A DNA stretch of 64,000 nucleotides, from positions 88,281 to 152,280 of IMG/VR virus record IMGVR_UViG_3300040786_000030. One strand, given 5' to 3'. How positions within the stretch are numbered: the stretch's first letter is position 1; each line of letters opens with the position of its first letter. Positions 25,782-40,440 of the stretch are shown piece by piece. The notes under the pieces are model-generated. The model worked only from the letters and a program-made list of their open reading frames with translations. It ran no database searches and was not told the DNA's origin. A program made the translations under genes and the position numbers. The stretch comes from a virus.

Positions 25782-28700
25782 ATGGCTGATACCATTAGAA
25801 TAAGAACAACACCAAACGGTGAGGATAAATATATTAAAATTAATGTAGAACAAAATTTGATTTTATTGAGGTTTTGTCGTTAAAATTATCCCAAGAAGAT
25901 GCCTATAGAAAATTCTGCTCAGATTATGGTGTAATTGTGGGTCGAGTTTCCGTTAATAATGGTTTTGGTGTACCTAATGCTATGGTTAGTGTTTTATTCC
26001 GTTAGATGATATTGATAAAAATAACCCTGAAATAAAGGGGTTATATCCATATGAGATAATAACAGACACTAATAGTAATGGTGTTAGATATAATCTTTAC
26101 CTAAAGAAGGTAATAAGGGGAATAAATGTAGTACACCAATAGGTACATTCCGAATAAACGTGAAGTTTTAGATAATGAAATTTTAACAGACATTTATAGT
26201 AAATATTATAAATTTACCACTACAACAAATCATGCTGGTGATTATATGATATTTGGTGTACCCTTAGGTAACTACACAGTACATGTAGATGTTGACATTT
26301 CTGATATTGGAATAATTTCACAAAGACCTTATGATTTAATCAGTCAAGGTACTCCTACATCAATGTTCGGTAGTTCAACTAAATTTAAAGGTAGTAAAAA
26401 AATAGATACGTTAATACAAGTTAAAACTTTTAATTCAGGCGTTAACGTACAACCATTTTAGTGACATTGAAAATTGTGATATTGGTATTAATAGATTAGA
26501 TTTTGATTTAAATTATAATATAACACCATCAGCAATTTTCATTGGTAGTATATATGGTGACCAAGATAAATATAGTATTAGTAAAATTGCCGTCCAAGAA
26601 ATAACGTTGGTAATTTATGTGACCAAGTATCTGGACCAGGCTCTGTTAATATGATTAGAAAACTTTGATGGTAAAATTGAACGTTTTGATGTTGATGGTG
26701 GTAGAGTAATAGATGATAACGGGGCATGGGCTTATCAAATACCAATGAATTTAGATTATATGATAACCAGTGAGGATGGTACCTTAATATATTCACAGGA
26801 CCCAAATATTGGTATAGCAACAAGGTCTAGTGTTAGATTTAACATTGGTATGGATGATAGTGGTGGTGATGGTAGACTTAGAACTAGGGCTAGATATTTA
26901 GTACCTAATAACCCAACAGATGTTTCACAAATTGATTATGAATTTGGGGTTAACACTAAAGAAACTAGTTTCAGAGATTTATATTGGAATAAAATTTACT
27001 CAGTTTCAAATTATATATCTAGATTTCAACCAAATAACGGTGTGGAAAATAGGAATATTACTGGTATTAAAAGTGTGGATGAATGTGCTGGTGATAAAAC
27101 ACCATTCCCATATAATAGAGTAGATACTAAGGGTAACCCTATATTTAGTATTGTATTATCATAAATATAATAGTATTAGTAATATCGATAATTAATAAAT
27201 TTATAATACCTGTAATTAACGGTATTATATCGGTATTTAATTTTTTATTTGAAAAACTTTGTGGCATTAAAATATTTAGAACAAGAATTTTCGGTTTTGC
27301 TTGTAAACTAATAATAGATTATCTTACTTGTATTCACATAGAATGTGATAAAACTAACTATGCCCCATCATGTAGTGGTAGGGTTATGATGAATTAGAAA
27401 AATTGGGATTACCAGTTAAAAAACTGGTTTAGCTGATTGTGAAGCTTTTGAAATTGCTAAAATTCTAAACTTATTTAAATTTGATTTTATAATGACTGGG
27501 TACATGGTTCACTTTCTTCTTTCTACTAAAATATAAAAGACTAAAAATAAAACTAAATTTTGTGATTATGATTGTGATTCGTCTGATAATAGATGTGATA
27601 ATAGTTATTTATTAGATAGTTGTTATGATAATAATAATTCTGAAAATAAAAGCTATTCAACAAAGATAAATGAAGGTTTAATTAAAAAAATAATAACCAA
27701 CTATATTATGCGGCTACTACACGTAATGCTACTAATAAAATGTTTGCAACTGAAATAGTAAATTTAGGTTCCGTATTTGATTGTGACTGGCAAGGTATAC
27801 CTAAAATAAGTGATTTATTAATACCTACAACATATAAAATACCCCAGATACTGAAGAATTTAATGAGACTAATACAATTGTTGAGACTTGTGGTATGGTT
27901 AAGATAAATAGTTCTAGTAGTTTATTTTTTTAGTGTTAACTGTGTGGGTATTGATGTTACTTATGGTGGTTGTTTAAATCTAAGACATATATGTGAAATG
28001 GGTGTAAATATTGATGAAACTGATTTTGATGTTGCTGGTAATGTTATACGAGCAAGTGATTGTATAATAGGTTCTAACGATATTGACAGTGATAGAGGTA
28101 AATGGTTTAGAGATGTATTTTATGGTCTAAACAAATACACATCAACACCTTGGATTGGTTTAGATAATTTGACAATACCATCAAATGGTTACGCTACAAA
28201 TTTTAACACACAAAACATATCAACATATGATTTTGCTAGTACTGTTAATAACGGGTTGATTATATTAAGGGGTATCCTACTAATGGTGCGTCAGCATTTG
28301 GTCAAACTAAAACTCATATTATTTCTATTTTGGTCTAGAGCCAGGAAAAACAGCTATCGATAAAATGAATAGTAAATTTTTCTCTGAGTGTGAGGTTATT
28401 TCTGAAAATGATGTTTTAATTGATTCATCATCAATACCAGATAGTAACTTAGATAACACAGGTTCAATTACGTTTACATTTGTTGGCGGTAACCCACCAT
28501 TTGATTATACGATAGTTGGTCCTAATAATTATTTAATTATTGGTACTAGTGTAATTAATCAAACAACAACTATAAATAATTTAGCTGCTGGTGTTTATAC
28601 AATAAGTGGTGTCGGTGTATTTGGTATTCCAATATCTGAAATCATTACAGTTTATGGACCTCAAGCGTTAGCTGCAACTGCTATAGTTTCAAAATCTTCA

Positions 28701-29676
28701 ACAACGGATATTAGTAATGATGGTGAAATAACAATCACTAATGTTATTGGTGGTGTATCACCTTATACTTATACTTTATTAGATTATGCTATACCATTAA
28801 ATCTTGGAGCTATTATAGAGGGACCTTCACTATTAAATACTCTAAAATAATACAAAACCTAGAAGTAAGACCTATTAATGGTTATACTGTAATGGTTACG
28901 GATAATGTAGGAACAAATTTTATTTCTGGTTAATAGTTACTGGTTTACCTATATTAGGTGCAACATTTGTAGTAGTTAATAATGAATGTTTTAATAGTTT
29001 TAGTGGTGAAATATCAATGACGATAAATGGTGGTCAATTACCATACACGATAGAAACAACAGGACCTGACAATTATTCAACTAGTGTGGCTAATCTTAAA
29101 CTATTAGTGAATGGTTCCTACGTGACTACAATTACTGACTCACTAAATAATTCAGTTCAATATACTAATACTATAACATCAATTGGAAATACTGAAATAA
29201 CATTAAACTTGGCATTACCAAGTGTTTTAAGGAAACAATGTAACCCATCGTATCATACTATTACAACATATGTTTCATATAATACAACACCACCATCTTT
29301 CGTTAATTTTAGTTATTTAGATATTGATGATGTATGGCAACCATTAACACAAGTTACTTATGTTAATAGTAGTACACCAGTTATATTTACCGTTCCATCT
29401 ATTAACGCTAACAATGGTCTTACTATTGCGGTTAAAGTTGGTAACTGTTATAGTGAATCACAATTTATTACTTTAGGTGATGTCGAGAAACCAATAACAA
29501 CCTTAGCTGGTAACATTTCAAAATCAGGACCATCTAGTGGTGTATATACTTATGTGGTGACTAGTAGTGGTGGTATTGGTGGTGTTTTCGGTGTTGGTAC
29601 CTTTACAAGTACTTTAGCAACATATACAGCTACACTAACTGATAGTGTTGGGTGTCAAATAACAGTAACTATATAA
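25782..29676 (+). CDS. Large virion protein with Cys-rich region and C-terminal SprB-like repeats (frameshifted)
   Basis: YGVIVGRV..NNGFGVPNA and TTTNHAGDYMIFGVPLG, followed by repeated G.I....GG.PPY.Y...L.AG.Y..T.TD units. Confidence 0.6.
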
Positions 29677-29677
29677 T

Positions 29678-31436
29678 ATGGATAGGATAAAACAAAAACT
29701 AGGGGTAGAGATATCAAAACAGTCGGTAAATAAAGACACATTTTAAAGTTAAATATTGAAAATAGTAGTAAAATATTACCAACAAATGATATTAATAAAG
29801 TGATAAATTTAGGTGATAGATTTAACGTAGAAAGACAAAGAAGTTCGTTTTATAGAATATTAGGTACAATAAACCCAATAATGTCTAATGTGTTATTTAA
29901 TTTAAACGATATTAACTTTGCTAATAAACAAACATTTGCTGGTTTTAATGATTATAGCTTTTTAGATGCGTCATACCCAAAAAATAATAATTTGTCTGAT
30001 TTAACAGATATTAATTTTTTAGATTCTATCAGTAGTAATTTAAAAGAAGTTAATGGTTGGTTTGGTTATTTTAACCCAATCAAAAGTAATGTTGGTTTAT
30101 GTGATTTTTCGATATGGAACCTAGTAGAGAACGTTTTCATTCATCCCAGATACTAAACCATTTTCAGGTAGTTTGACACCAGTTAAAATTGGGAGTTAAC
30201 AATAACATATCCAAGTAGTACAGATTCAACACATAATATTGTTAATGGTGGTTTATTAATAATTAATGCTTTATCAGTAACCTCATCAACAAGAACGATG
30301 GTAGCTTTCGGTGTCGCATGTAAACATAACTTAAGTGTTGGTACTACGGTTAAAATAACTGGTACGACTGGTTATGATGGTTCTTATGATGTCGTTAGAC
30401 TTGGATTAGATAATGGCGATTTGATTGATTATTATTTTGTTATTGATTTACCACCAACAGGAATTATAGATGGGAGTTCTAGAATGGTTAGGGTATATGG
30501 TGGTCAAGATTCTGAATATTATTTTAGGAAATTTAGAAAAATTAAAACTAGGATTACAAACGTAATAGGAATAGACGATTATGAAACATATAAATTATCT
30601 TTTAGTGAGAATTCATTCAGTGATTCAATCTCTCAATTTGTTTTTAATGAAGATATCGATATATCAGAATTAACTGATAATCTAGGTAGACCATTAACGG
30701 AATTATATTTAACCACTATCAAAACTGATAGTGATAGTTTGTTTAGTAGTGTTTCATCGGGTATTGATACACCGTTTATGGATATTTTAATTAGTAGTAA
30801 CAATACTAACCCACATTTAAGAAATGTTCCAGTAATAAATAGGATACATAATGGTACTACACCATTTACCTCACACATACCATTAGAAACGAATATTAAT
30901 ATAAATAACGTTGAATTTTATGGTGATTTAGTTGAATTTAATAAATTTGAAGTAAAAGAAACAGTGTTAATTGATGTTACACATAGGTTTAATACAAATA
31001 ATAGGGAAACTGGTGCTAATATTAGTTATGTTTCTGTTATAGGTGAATCACCAATAACTACAAATATTGATTTAGGTCCAAGACAAGAGGGTTACGTTTA
31101 TAAACCACATTCATTAATAACGATTAGGAGTTTATCTAGTTATATTGAACAAGGTGATACTAGTGTAGTGGGAATACCAGATTATGCGACTGATTTAGGT
31201 GATGGTAGATTTTATGGCGAGACATATTAGATATTGGTTTTAATGAAAATGGTAGTACTATTATTGACTATCCATTTTAAATGGTTGTCATTACATGTAT
31301 CAAAATAGTCTTTTATGTTAAAAGACAGGATGCATTTAGTCAATGGGGTTTATTTTACAGTAAATTTCCAGCTGACCCAATTGGTGAGCAAATTATAAAT
31401 AACTTTACAATTAATTCAGAAAATAATGTTTGTTAA
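29678..31436 (+). CDS. Putative virion structural protein (frameshifted)
   Basis: Stitched from ORFs 29800-30156 and 30298-31230 within the structural operon. Confidence 0.6.
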
Positions 31437-32243
31437 ATATCAAATTAATCTATCAACAGTACCTAGTGGAACTACAGCGACAACAATTAATGTACCTATT
31501 AATATGGATTTCCATTTTGTGGGTCAATCTGAAGAAATTGAAGAAAAATTTGTAGCAGTAGAAACAGAAAAAGCCATCAACCCAATAATAGATTATGAAA
31601 AGGTAAGGGTAACACCAACAGATTTAAACGGTATAATTACTAGTAAAATAAGGTATAATGTTAATTTAAATGGTAATACCAGTTACGGTTCAATTGGATT
31701 CAGCGATGAAGATATTCGATATGAAAAACAATTTTAAACAAACGTTTTAAATTTAAATTTTACGACACGGATAACCCAATGAGTCAAATATTAGTTTCTT
31801 ATATAACACTTTTTTCATATTTGAAACCTACAGATTTACATCAAAAGGTAGTACTTCTAGAAACTACGGGACAACTAAACCAGCTAATGAGATATCATTA
31901 AATTTTGATGTTGAAAACCCAGTTTTAAACTTTAATAGTTTATCTGAAGGTTATCACCTATATGATTATAAAGATGAATTAAATATTGGTGAAACTAAGT
32001 ATTTATATATGAGGGCAAGTTTTAAAAACGCTAAATCAGGTAAAAGTGACAATTTAATGATACAAAGCGAACCAGATACGATAGATAAGATAATACACAA
32101 GCTTTATACACGATATAAGCTAACAAGAACGACAACTGGGTATTACTACTCAATAGATGATAGTTATTCATCTAACGTTACATACGACAAATAACAATGG
32201 AAATGACATAACTGTTAATCTATATCAATTAAAAGTATTATAA
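31426..32243 (+). CDS. Putative virion structural protein (frameshifted)
   Basis: Stitched from ORFs 31426-31737 and 32009-32194, with overlapping start and stop codons with neighbours. Confidence 0.6.
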
Positions 32244-33033
32244 TGGAATTGATTAAACGTAAAATATTATTGGAAGATAGTATAGATAGAAACTACGATA
32301 GCTTAACTTGGGGTCAAGTTACAGCAACAACATTCTATATTAATGTTATGGTTACTCAAAATATTGATAATATGGGTATGTTTAAAGATATCACATTTAT
32401 TGAGAATATTACGGGTCAAACAATTACTAACTTAACTGAAACTGAAAGATTAACATTAAGATTACCATCTAAAACAATAGATAAGTATTATACTTTTGGT
32501 AATAGTATTATAACTGGTGCTACTGATAGTAAAATTGAAGATGTTAGGTCTTATAATGCGGTTACACCATTTATACCTAACTTTGATATAAATAAGAGTG
32601 AATATTTAAACTATAATAATATATTAGTCAATGGTGTTGATAGGGTTAAATCATTAGATGAACCAAAAATATATGTTTTTGATACTGACGATAATTTAAA
32701 TTTAGGTACTATAAACCAAACGTCTGGGTTAAAATTTTCAGATTATAGCGGTATCACTAGAAATGTTACTATTAATGATACTAATGTTAATATACCATTA
32801 ACTACTGTTAGTTATATTGGTGAGGGTTTCAATGAAACGAATACCTCACTATCTGCATCTATTAAAGAAGAATATTTATTTGGAATTATTTCTCCACCAG
32901 AAGTGGAAAACCAAGTATTTATAGATAGAGGTGTAGTATCAATAATGGATATGCATTTAAGGTTATCCGAAATAAAAGATTTAGGTCAACTAAGCCGTTA
33001 TGGTAATGGTTTTATAAAATAAATAAACAATAA
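32243..33033 (+). CDS. Putative virion structural protein
   Basis: Nearly intact 259 aa ORF, translationally coupled to the upstream gene. Confidence 0.7.
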
Positions 33034-33044
33034 AATAAAATATT

Positions 33045-33962
33045 ATGAGTCAAGGAACATACGGTACAATAAGACCAGCAGACATTACACCAGCAGATGT
33101 GGAGATATTTTACCATTTTACACCATCTAGGAGTAGTATTGGTAATACTATGTTACAAAAATTAGACCCAAATGAGGTTTTAATAAAGATGGATAACCCT
33201 AATAAAGTACAATCTAACGTAACAGGTACTGAAATTTTTGGTGGTATGTATACTTTAAAATTACCTGTAAGTGTGTTCGGAACTAAAGGTTTTATACCAT
33301 AATGATTAAACCAATAGAAATTCGTACAAAATTACTGATGTTGGTGTGTTATCAGCATATCCTGACATTAAAGGGATTGTATTTGATATTGCAACACTAC
33401 CAACTGGGTTTTAAATAATTTTGAAAATAATGGGTTAGTTGGGTATAGAATTGAGTATTTAACGCCAAATTCATCTAGTTCTGACGCTAAAGTTAATAAT
33501 TTTTTTAGAATTATAACATCTAATAATAGAGCTGAACCAGTTAATCAAAACTTAACTAATACTAACCAAAAGCTATAAGATATAGGTTTAACGACAATTC
33601 AACATTAACATATTGTACTGTAACGCCAAGTTCAACATCTAACGTTAAAGCAAATGTTTTACCATTTATAGGTCAACCAAATCAAGAGGTGATAATTACA
33701 AATACTTTTTAATCCAATTATGATTGAAGTAGAAATGGTACAACATGATATTGAAACTATTGCGTATTCTTTATTTGGAAATCAAACTAAATCCCTTGAT
33801 GATGGAATTTATACTATTTATAATTTTAATAACGATATTTATAAACAATATAACTTGTATGAAATCAAAGACGTATATAGTGGTACACCATTATTTGAGG
33901 TAAGAGAAGAAAGAGCAAGTATTGATTTTAATAAAACATTTACTAATATAACAACAATATAA
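33045..33962 (+). CDS. Putative virion structural protein (frameshifted)
   Basis: Stitched from ORFs 33045-33302 and 33720-33962. Confidence 0.65.
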
Positions 33963-33972
33963 GGAACAAATA

Positions 33973-36900
33973 ATGAGTAATTCTAAAATTAAGGTAGCTG
34001 GTTACGCAAAAGAGAACTTTTGGTAATGGTATTGAATATCGTCCATTTTCACCAGATTTAGTTGGTGTTCAAATAGCTAGTGATGGTGGTACACCCTTAT
34101 TTACTATGGGTAATTTTAGTATTACTACTAATATGGACCCAAAAGTGATAAGAATTTTGTAACTAATAATTTTTCTAACTTTACTACATTAACTGATTTA
34201 GATTTAACATTAATTAACCAAAATAATCTTTTAAGAGATAAATATGGCGTAATTCTTAATTTAAATAATAATAATTTAGATAATTACGCTCTTTTTGGTT
34301 CATTAAGTGAATTTATTAGAGTGTCGTTAGAGAATATTATAACAAAATGGCCAGCATCATTATTTGTTAATACAACAACTTTTCTACTGATGGTTATATT
34401 ATTAATGGTGATACTTATAACAATTATTCATATGATAGTTTAAGTGATTCGTCAAGTTTTAGAGTTAATACAACATTTATTAATAATAAGTTCCAATTAA
34501 ATATACTTAAAAATGGAACAATATTAGATACTTTTAATGTAAGTAACACTTTAAGAAATGTTACAGTTAATTATACTAATTACTCAGTTTTATTTAATAA
34601 CGTTGAATATAATGTTGTTGGGTTTACTGGTGCAACTTCAGATATTAATGACTATATTTACTTAAAAGTTAAGGTGACCCATTTTCTGGGCAACTATCAA
34701 CAATAGAATACCATATTAAACCTAATAAAATAAATGAAGAAATATTTTTAGTGAAATACCAAAATTTGAAAAATACTTATTAAATCGTTTAATAACGCCA
34801 AAATATACTGCAGAATTTAATTATAGTTTAAAATCTGATACTGGTATATTGTTATACAGTACAGAATCGGTTACTTGGCCAACAAGTGATGGTTATAATA
34901 TTGATTTTGATACTACAGCTTACACGGATTATGCTATTAAGTTAGTTGAAATTTCAACTAATAATGATTTATATACTAGCGATTTAATGAATAGATTTTT
35001 AGTGTCTGAATCAATATCATCTTTGATACAGCACCCGTTAATTTAGGTTATTTAGACCAAGATTCTACGGGTCAAAAAATGAATAAAACGCTACATATTT
35101 ATGGTAGAAATTTTGACGAGATAAACAAATATATAAAAGGGATTTCATTTTCAAATGTTGTTACGTATGATAAACAAGATAACACACCAGATATATATTT
35201 AAAAAATTTAGCTAGTGTTTTAGGTTGGGATTTAATTTCATCGGTTGTTGAAAATGGTTTATTATCAAGTTATGTTACATCAACAAAAGTACTTATTCTG
35301 GACATACTGTTGGATTAACAGCTATTGAGGCAGATACTGAATTATGGCGAAGATTAATTTTAAACTCACCTTGGATATGGAAATCAAAAGGTACCAGAAA
35401 ATCTATAGAGTTTATACTTAAATTTATTGGTGCTCCAATTGGGTTATTAACATTTAATGAATATATCTATAAAGGTGATGGACCAATAGATATAGATTTA
35501 TTTAAAAAAGTTTTAGTACTAAATGGTTTAGATAGTGATGATTTATCTATATACCCAATTGATTCTGATGGTTACCCATCTCCATTAAGTGACTCATCAG
35601 ACATGTATTTTCAAAATAACGGTCTTTGGTATAGAGAAACTGGTGGTAGTAATGCCACTATTGATATTTTAACTGGTAATAACCCACACTTAGGACCATA
35701 TGATGGTGGTTTTAAATATATAAATCAATTTAAATCATTAATACCTAATTTTTCAGCTGTAACTATTACTTCTGAAACTTTAACAATTAATTCAAGCAAT
35801 TTATATATAAATAATGAATCAGGTACGTTTAATAAATCGGTAGAAAATTCAATATTGATAGTGTTATTTTTACAAGTGTTAATGGTCGTAATATAAGTAC
35901 TTGTTATGATTTTAACGCTACAGTTAAAATAGACCCATTACCTACAGAAATAAGTAATAAATGTGGTTGTATTACTGGTGAAATTGATAAAATTATGAGT
36001 CTTTGTATAGTACAAAAAAGAACAGAATAATTCACAATCTACAATTTGTACGGATAAAATGATTAAGGTTACTGAAGATAATGAAAATGGTGTTTATATT
36101 TTGATTATTACCAATATAACCCAGATGGTTCGATATTCCCAAGTGGTGGGGAACCAATACCTAATACTTCAAATTATGTAACTTCTGGTTGTTGTGAATA
36201 TATAGGTGGTATACCAATGTATACTGAGATGTTTGAAAATAATGTGCTGGTTAATGCTGGTTATTTTGTCAAATTAAAGGGTTTGTTACTAATAACATAA
36301 TAATTGCTAATAATGATATGGCATCGACTGTTAATGGTAGTTCTGGTGGTCAATCATTAAATAATGTGTTATCTAACGATACGGTAAATGGTTCACCAGC
36401 AACACTAAATGATGTAACACTTACTCAGATAAGTACTACAAATTACAATGCGAATATTAACGTATTAGATGGTTCTGTTAATGTTAATAGTGGTAGTAAT
36501 GGTAGTTATACGATTGTATATGAAATATGTCAGATTGATAATATAACTAATTGCGCAACAGCAACAGTTAATGGTAATATATTTACTAGTGCAATAGTGG
36601 CTACTAATGATTCTGGTAACCCTGTTACTGGAACAACTGGTGGTGTTTCAGTTTCAAATGTATTAATAAATGATACACTTAACGGTAATCAAGCGACATT
36701 ATCAAATGTTACTTTAACACAAATAAGTACAACTAATAACGGTGTTAACCTTAATGTTAGTAATGGTTCGGTTAATGTTAATAGTGGTGTTCCAGTTGGT
36801 GATTACGTAGTTTATTATCAGATATGTGAAATAGGTAACCCTACTAATTGTAATACCGCTACAGTAACAGTACCAGTTAAACCAGAAGATGCACCATTTG

Positions 36901-38270
36901 TGGTGGAAGCTGATTATATGGTATTAACTTATGAGTTTACAGATGGTCAAGATTTAGATACGAGAACAAGAGTTGTAACACCAATTATTGGTCAAACAAC
37001 AACTTGTGAATATGTTGGATGGGATAAACGTAATTCATTCCCAATTAATAATACTTGGTCATCAACAGTAATCCCAACTGGTTATTTAGTTGATTGGGCT
37101 GGTGATAATACTGGGAATGGTTTTGAATCTGTTTTAATCAATTTAAAACAAATAAGGTTAAATAACCCGACTCAAAATGAGTTAGTTGTAGATTGTAGAG
37201 CTTTTGGTATACAACTAAAGGTAACAACCCAGTTAATGTAAAAGCAACGTTCTATCTAGGTGGTACGATGGTTAAAGGTTCACCAGCGACATTTAAATAT
37301 ACTAATACTGGTTATACTAGTACTTTTGAATATTTAGCTACAGGTGTAGAGGTAACTCAACTTAACACAGCATTTTCACAAATTAATGGTCAAAGAATAA
37401 CAACATTTAACTATAATTTTACTAATAATGTTGGTTACTTTAATAATAATGATGTATCAACACCACTACCAAGTGCGTGTGGTATTGAGTATTCATTCTC
37501 AACAGGTACAACAGCTTCAGGGTCAGCTTGTTTTGAAACTGAATTCCAACTTTAAAATATTCGCATGATGCGCCACTAGTTGTTAATTCATTAATATATA
37601 ACGATAAAAAAGAAACAACATTATTTAATGGTGGTAATTTATATTATAAATTAGGTGATAATTCTTATAGAATAACAGCTAACGGTGTTATTAGTGAAAT
37701 TTATGATTGTACTACTCGTACTTATCCATATTGTGTTGGAACAACTAGATATACAAGTCCAACGACTAGGATTTACGATTCACTGTTATGTGGTGGTAAT
37801 GGCTCTGGTGGTACTTGCGTTTTAGAAGGTACAGATATAACTTTAGCTGATGGTACTACTAAGAAAGTTGAACAATTAATTATTGGTGATGAATTAAAAT
37901 CTAAATTAGTTGATAGTTTAACTACGGATAATGTTGATACTAGTGATTGGAATACTAACGAATTAATATTAAGTGATGATATTGTAACTGTTACAAATAA
38001 CGAACCTTCAAATGTTACTTATGTAAATAGTATTAATGATGGTTTATTAGTTGTTACTGATTCACATATACATTTAGTTAAACATAATAATACATGGTCA
38101 CTAAAAGAACTATTGAATTATCGGTTGGTGATTATTTAGTTGATGAATTTGGAACCGAAATTGAAATATTTAATATTACGATATTAGAAGGTGAATTTAC
38201 AGTTTATGATTTAGGTGTTGAAGATAATGATTTATATATTGCAAATGGTGTATTAACACACAATAAATAA
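33973..38270 (+). CDS. Large baseplate/tail-associated protein with two Ig-like adhesin repeats and a C-terminal Hint domain (frameshifted)
   Basis: WRRLILNSPWIWKSKGTRKSIEF (wedge-like), tandem NDT.NG...Y.ICE..N..NC.TATV repeats, and a terminal CVLEGT...VYDLGVEDNDLYIANGVLTHNK-stop. Confidence 0.65.
37816..38270 (+). other. Hint (intein-like/BIL) autoprocessing domain
   Basis: Block A CVLEGTDITLADG..KKVEQL..GD, block B VTDSH, block F/G VYDLGVE..LYIANGVLTHN. About 150 aa with no endonuclease insert. Confidence 0.85.
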
Positions 38271-38299
38271 AAAAGATAATATTTATATAAAAAGAAAAA

Positions 38300-40404
38300 A
38301 TGAGTTGTTTAAGTTACGATACGATAATAAATAATGGTGGGTTAATTAATGAGAATATTGATGATTCAGTAAGTGTTTTTGTTAATAATTCTGGTAGTCT
38401 TGTTCCATATATATTAACAAAAAATTGTTGCGAACTATTAAAAACTGGGTATACGTTTGACATTGACACTCAAATATGTAATTGGACTACAAGTACTACA
38501 AATTCATGTTTAACAGAACCAATTAAAATAACTCTAAACCCTAGTGGTGATAATGGTGCTGTTTTCATTATTAATGATGATAGAGATTATAATTTAACTA
38601 TTAGTTTTGATTATTTGTTTAGTCTTAAATGTGAAACTATTTTAAACAAATTAAATGAACCTTATAATATAAATAATTTAAATTGTAACACACCTTTAAA
38701 CATATTTGAAGGGTTAGATGTTTCACTTAATTTAGATATTATTACATCAGCAAACACAACGGAAACTGTTTATTCTAGTAACTTATTTCCAGCTATTGGT
38801 GATGGAAACTTATATGAATATATTACAACTAATGTTGATAGTGGTTTTATGTTTGTGGTGAAGCGAGTGTTAATGAAACATTTACAGGTTGCACACCCTT
38901 TATTATGTCAACAACAGCTGATAACTCTTTTACTGCGAATCTATAATCGTAAATATATCTCAAGGGTTATACTCAGAATCTGGATTAACACCAGAGGAAT
39001 TTGCAACCTCAATACCTGAAAATTCATTTAAATCTAAATGGTTAAGATATAATTATACAATTTCAGACCAAAGTGTTATTGAGTTATTAAAAAATAAAAA
39101 ATAAAATTAAGTCTTGATGTTAATAAAACTTGTACAGATATTTGTATATTGTTAGATAATATAGAGCTTAATAGAGAATTTACAGTGGTTACAGATAACA
39201 ATATATTTATTAGTCAATCACCTGGTTTTAATTTAGAAAGAGTTATAGATAATAAAAAATCTTGGGTTGATTCTACTTTGAATAGACAATCATCAATATC
39301 AAATAATGATGGTAGTAACACTATTAGACAAACAAATTATAATATTAATGATACTAGGTTAGTTTTAAACTCAAAAGAGGTTGATTTAGATATAAGCATT
39401 GCATCAGGTATTGAACATGATGTATGGTGTTATATTGTTGATAATCCATGTCTACTAAGTGGTGTATCAACATGTAATGATTGTACCACAAACTGTTGTG
39501 GTGATAATAAATTAGATTTTGATAATTTAATGACACAACCATTAAGTAATATTTTAACGGTTGAAGATTTTAACCATTATCTAATTTCTGAATTAATTGA
39601 TGCTAAATCAAGACAAACACTTTCTGGGTATCCAACACTTAGAGCGATATATGATAGGTATTTAAATAGTGAACTATATTGTTCAACAGTTAGTGCTAAG
39701 TTTAATTATTTAAATATGGACCAATTTGCTGGTCTTATTGGTGATTATTGGGTGGATATTGTTGAACAAGTAATCCCAGCAACAACATTATGGGAAGTAC
39801 TAAAATATATTCAAATAGTGTATTCGATACACAAAAATTTAAATATAGGTCATATACTACATTACTAGGTTATAACCCATTTTATAATTCTAAAATATCT
39901 AATCCTATTAACGGTGTAAGTGGTCTTTGTAGTGTTGTAGGTGTTGAAGTAGTACAATTAACTACTAATAGTGGTAGTACAATATTTGATAAAAAAATTG
40001 TGTCAAAATATGATAATTTATGTTTAGCACAAATGAATTTTGGGTCTGAATTCATTGGTGGTGTAATAGTTGGTGATAATTATTCTAATAGTGGTGGTAT
40101 TTTTATTGGTGAAAACACATTATACGTGATACTTACTAATACAAACGAATGTGATGAAGGTTTAGGTTCAATGACAGCAACTGTTAGTGGTGGTCAAGCA
40201 CCATATAATTATTTATGGAGTAATGGTGAGACTACTAGGGTAGCTGTAAGTTTAACTAATGGTGAGTCTTGGGTAACAGTAACCGATGCTAACAGAAACA
40301 CTAAAACGATAAATTTCAATAATGTAATAATATCGTGTTACCAAAAACAATATCAAAGTGGAGAAGGTTTGATTTTATGGATGGTTTTGGTTATGGTTTT
40401 ATGA
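38300..40404 (+). CDS. Cys-rich virion protein with C-terminal SprB-like repeat (frameshifted)
   Basis: Stitched ORFs including GSMTATVSGGQAPYNYLWSNG...VTVTDAN. Preceded by ATATTTAT at 38279. Confidence 0.6.
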
Positions 40405-40440
40405 ATCAATAATAATAATAAATAATATAATTAAAGAAAA

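Noticed and set aside
37816-38270. Canonical mobile intein
   Set aside because: There is no endonuclease domain, no Cys/Ser/Thr at +1 and effectively no C-extein. It is reported as a Hint domain instead.
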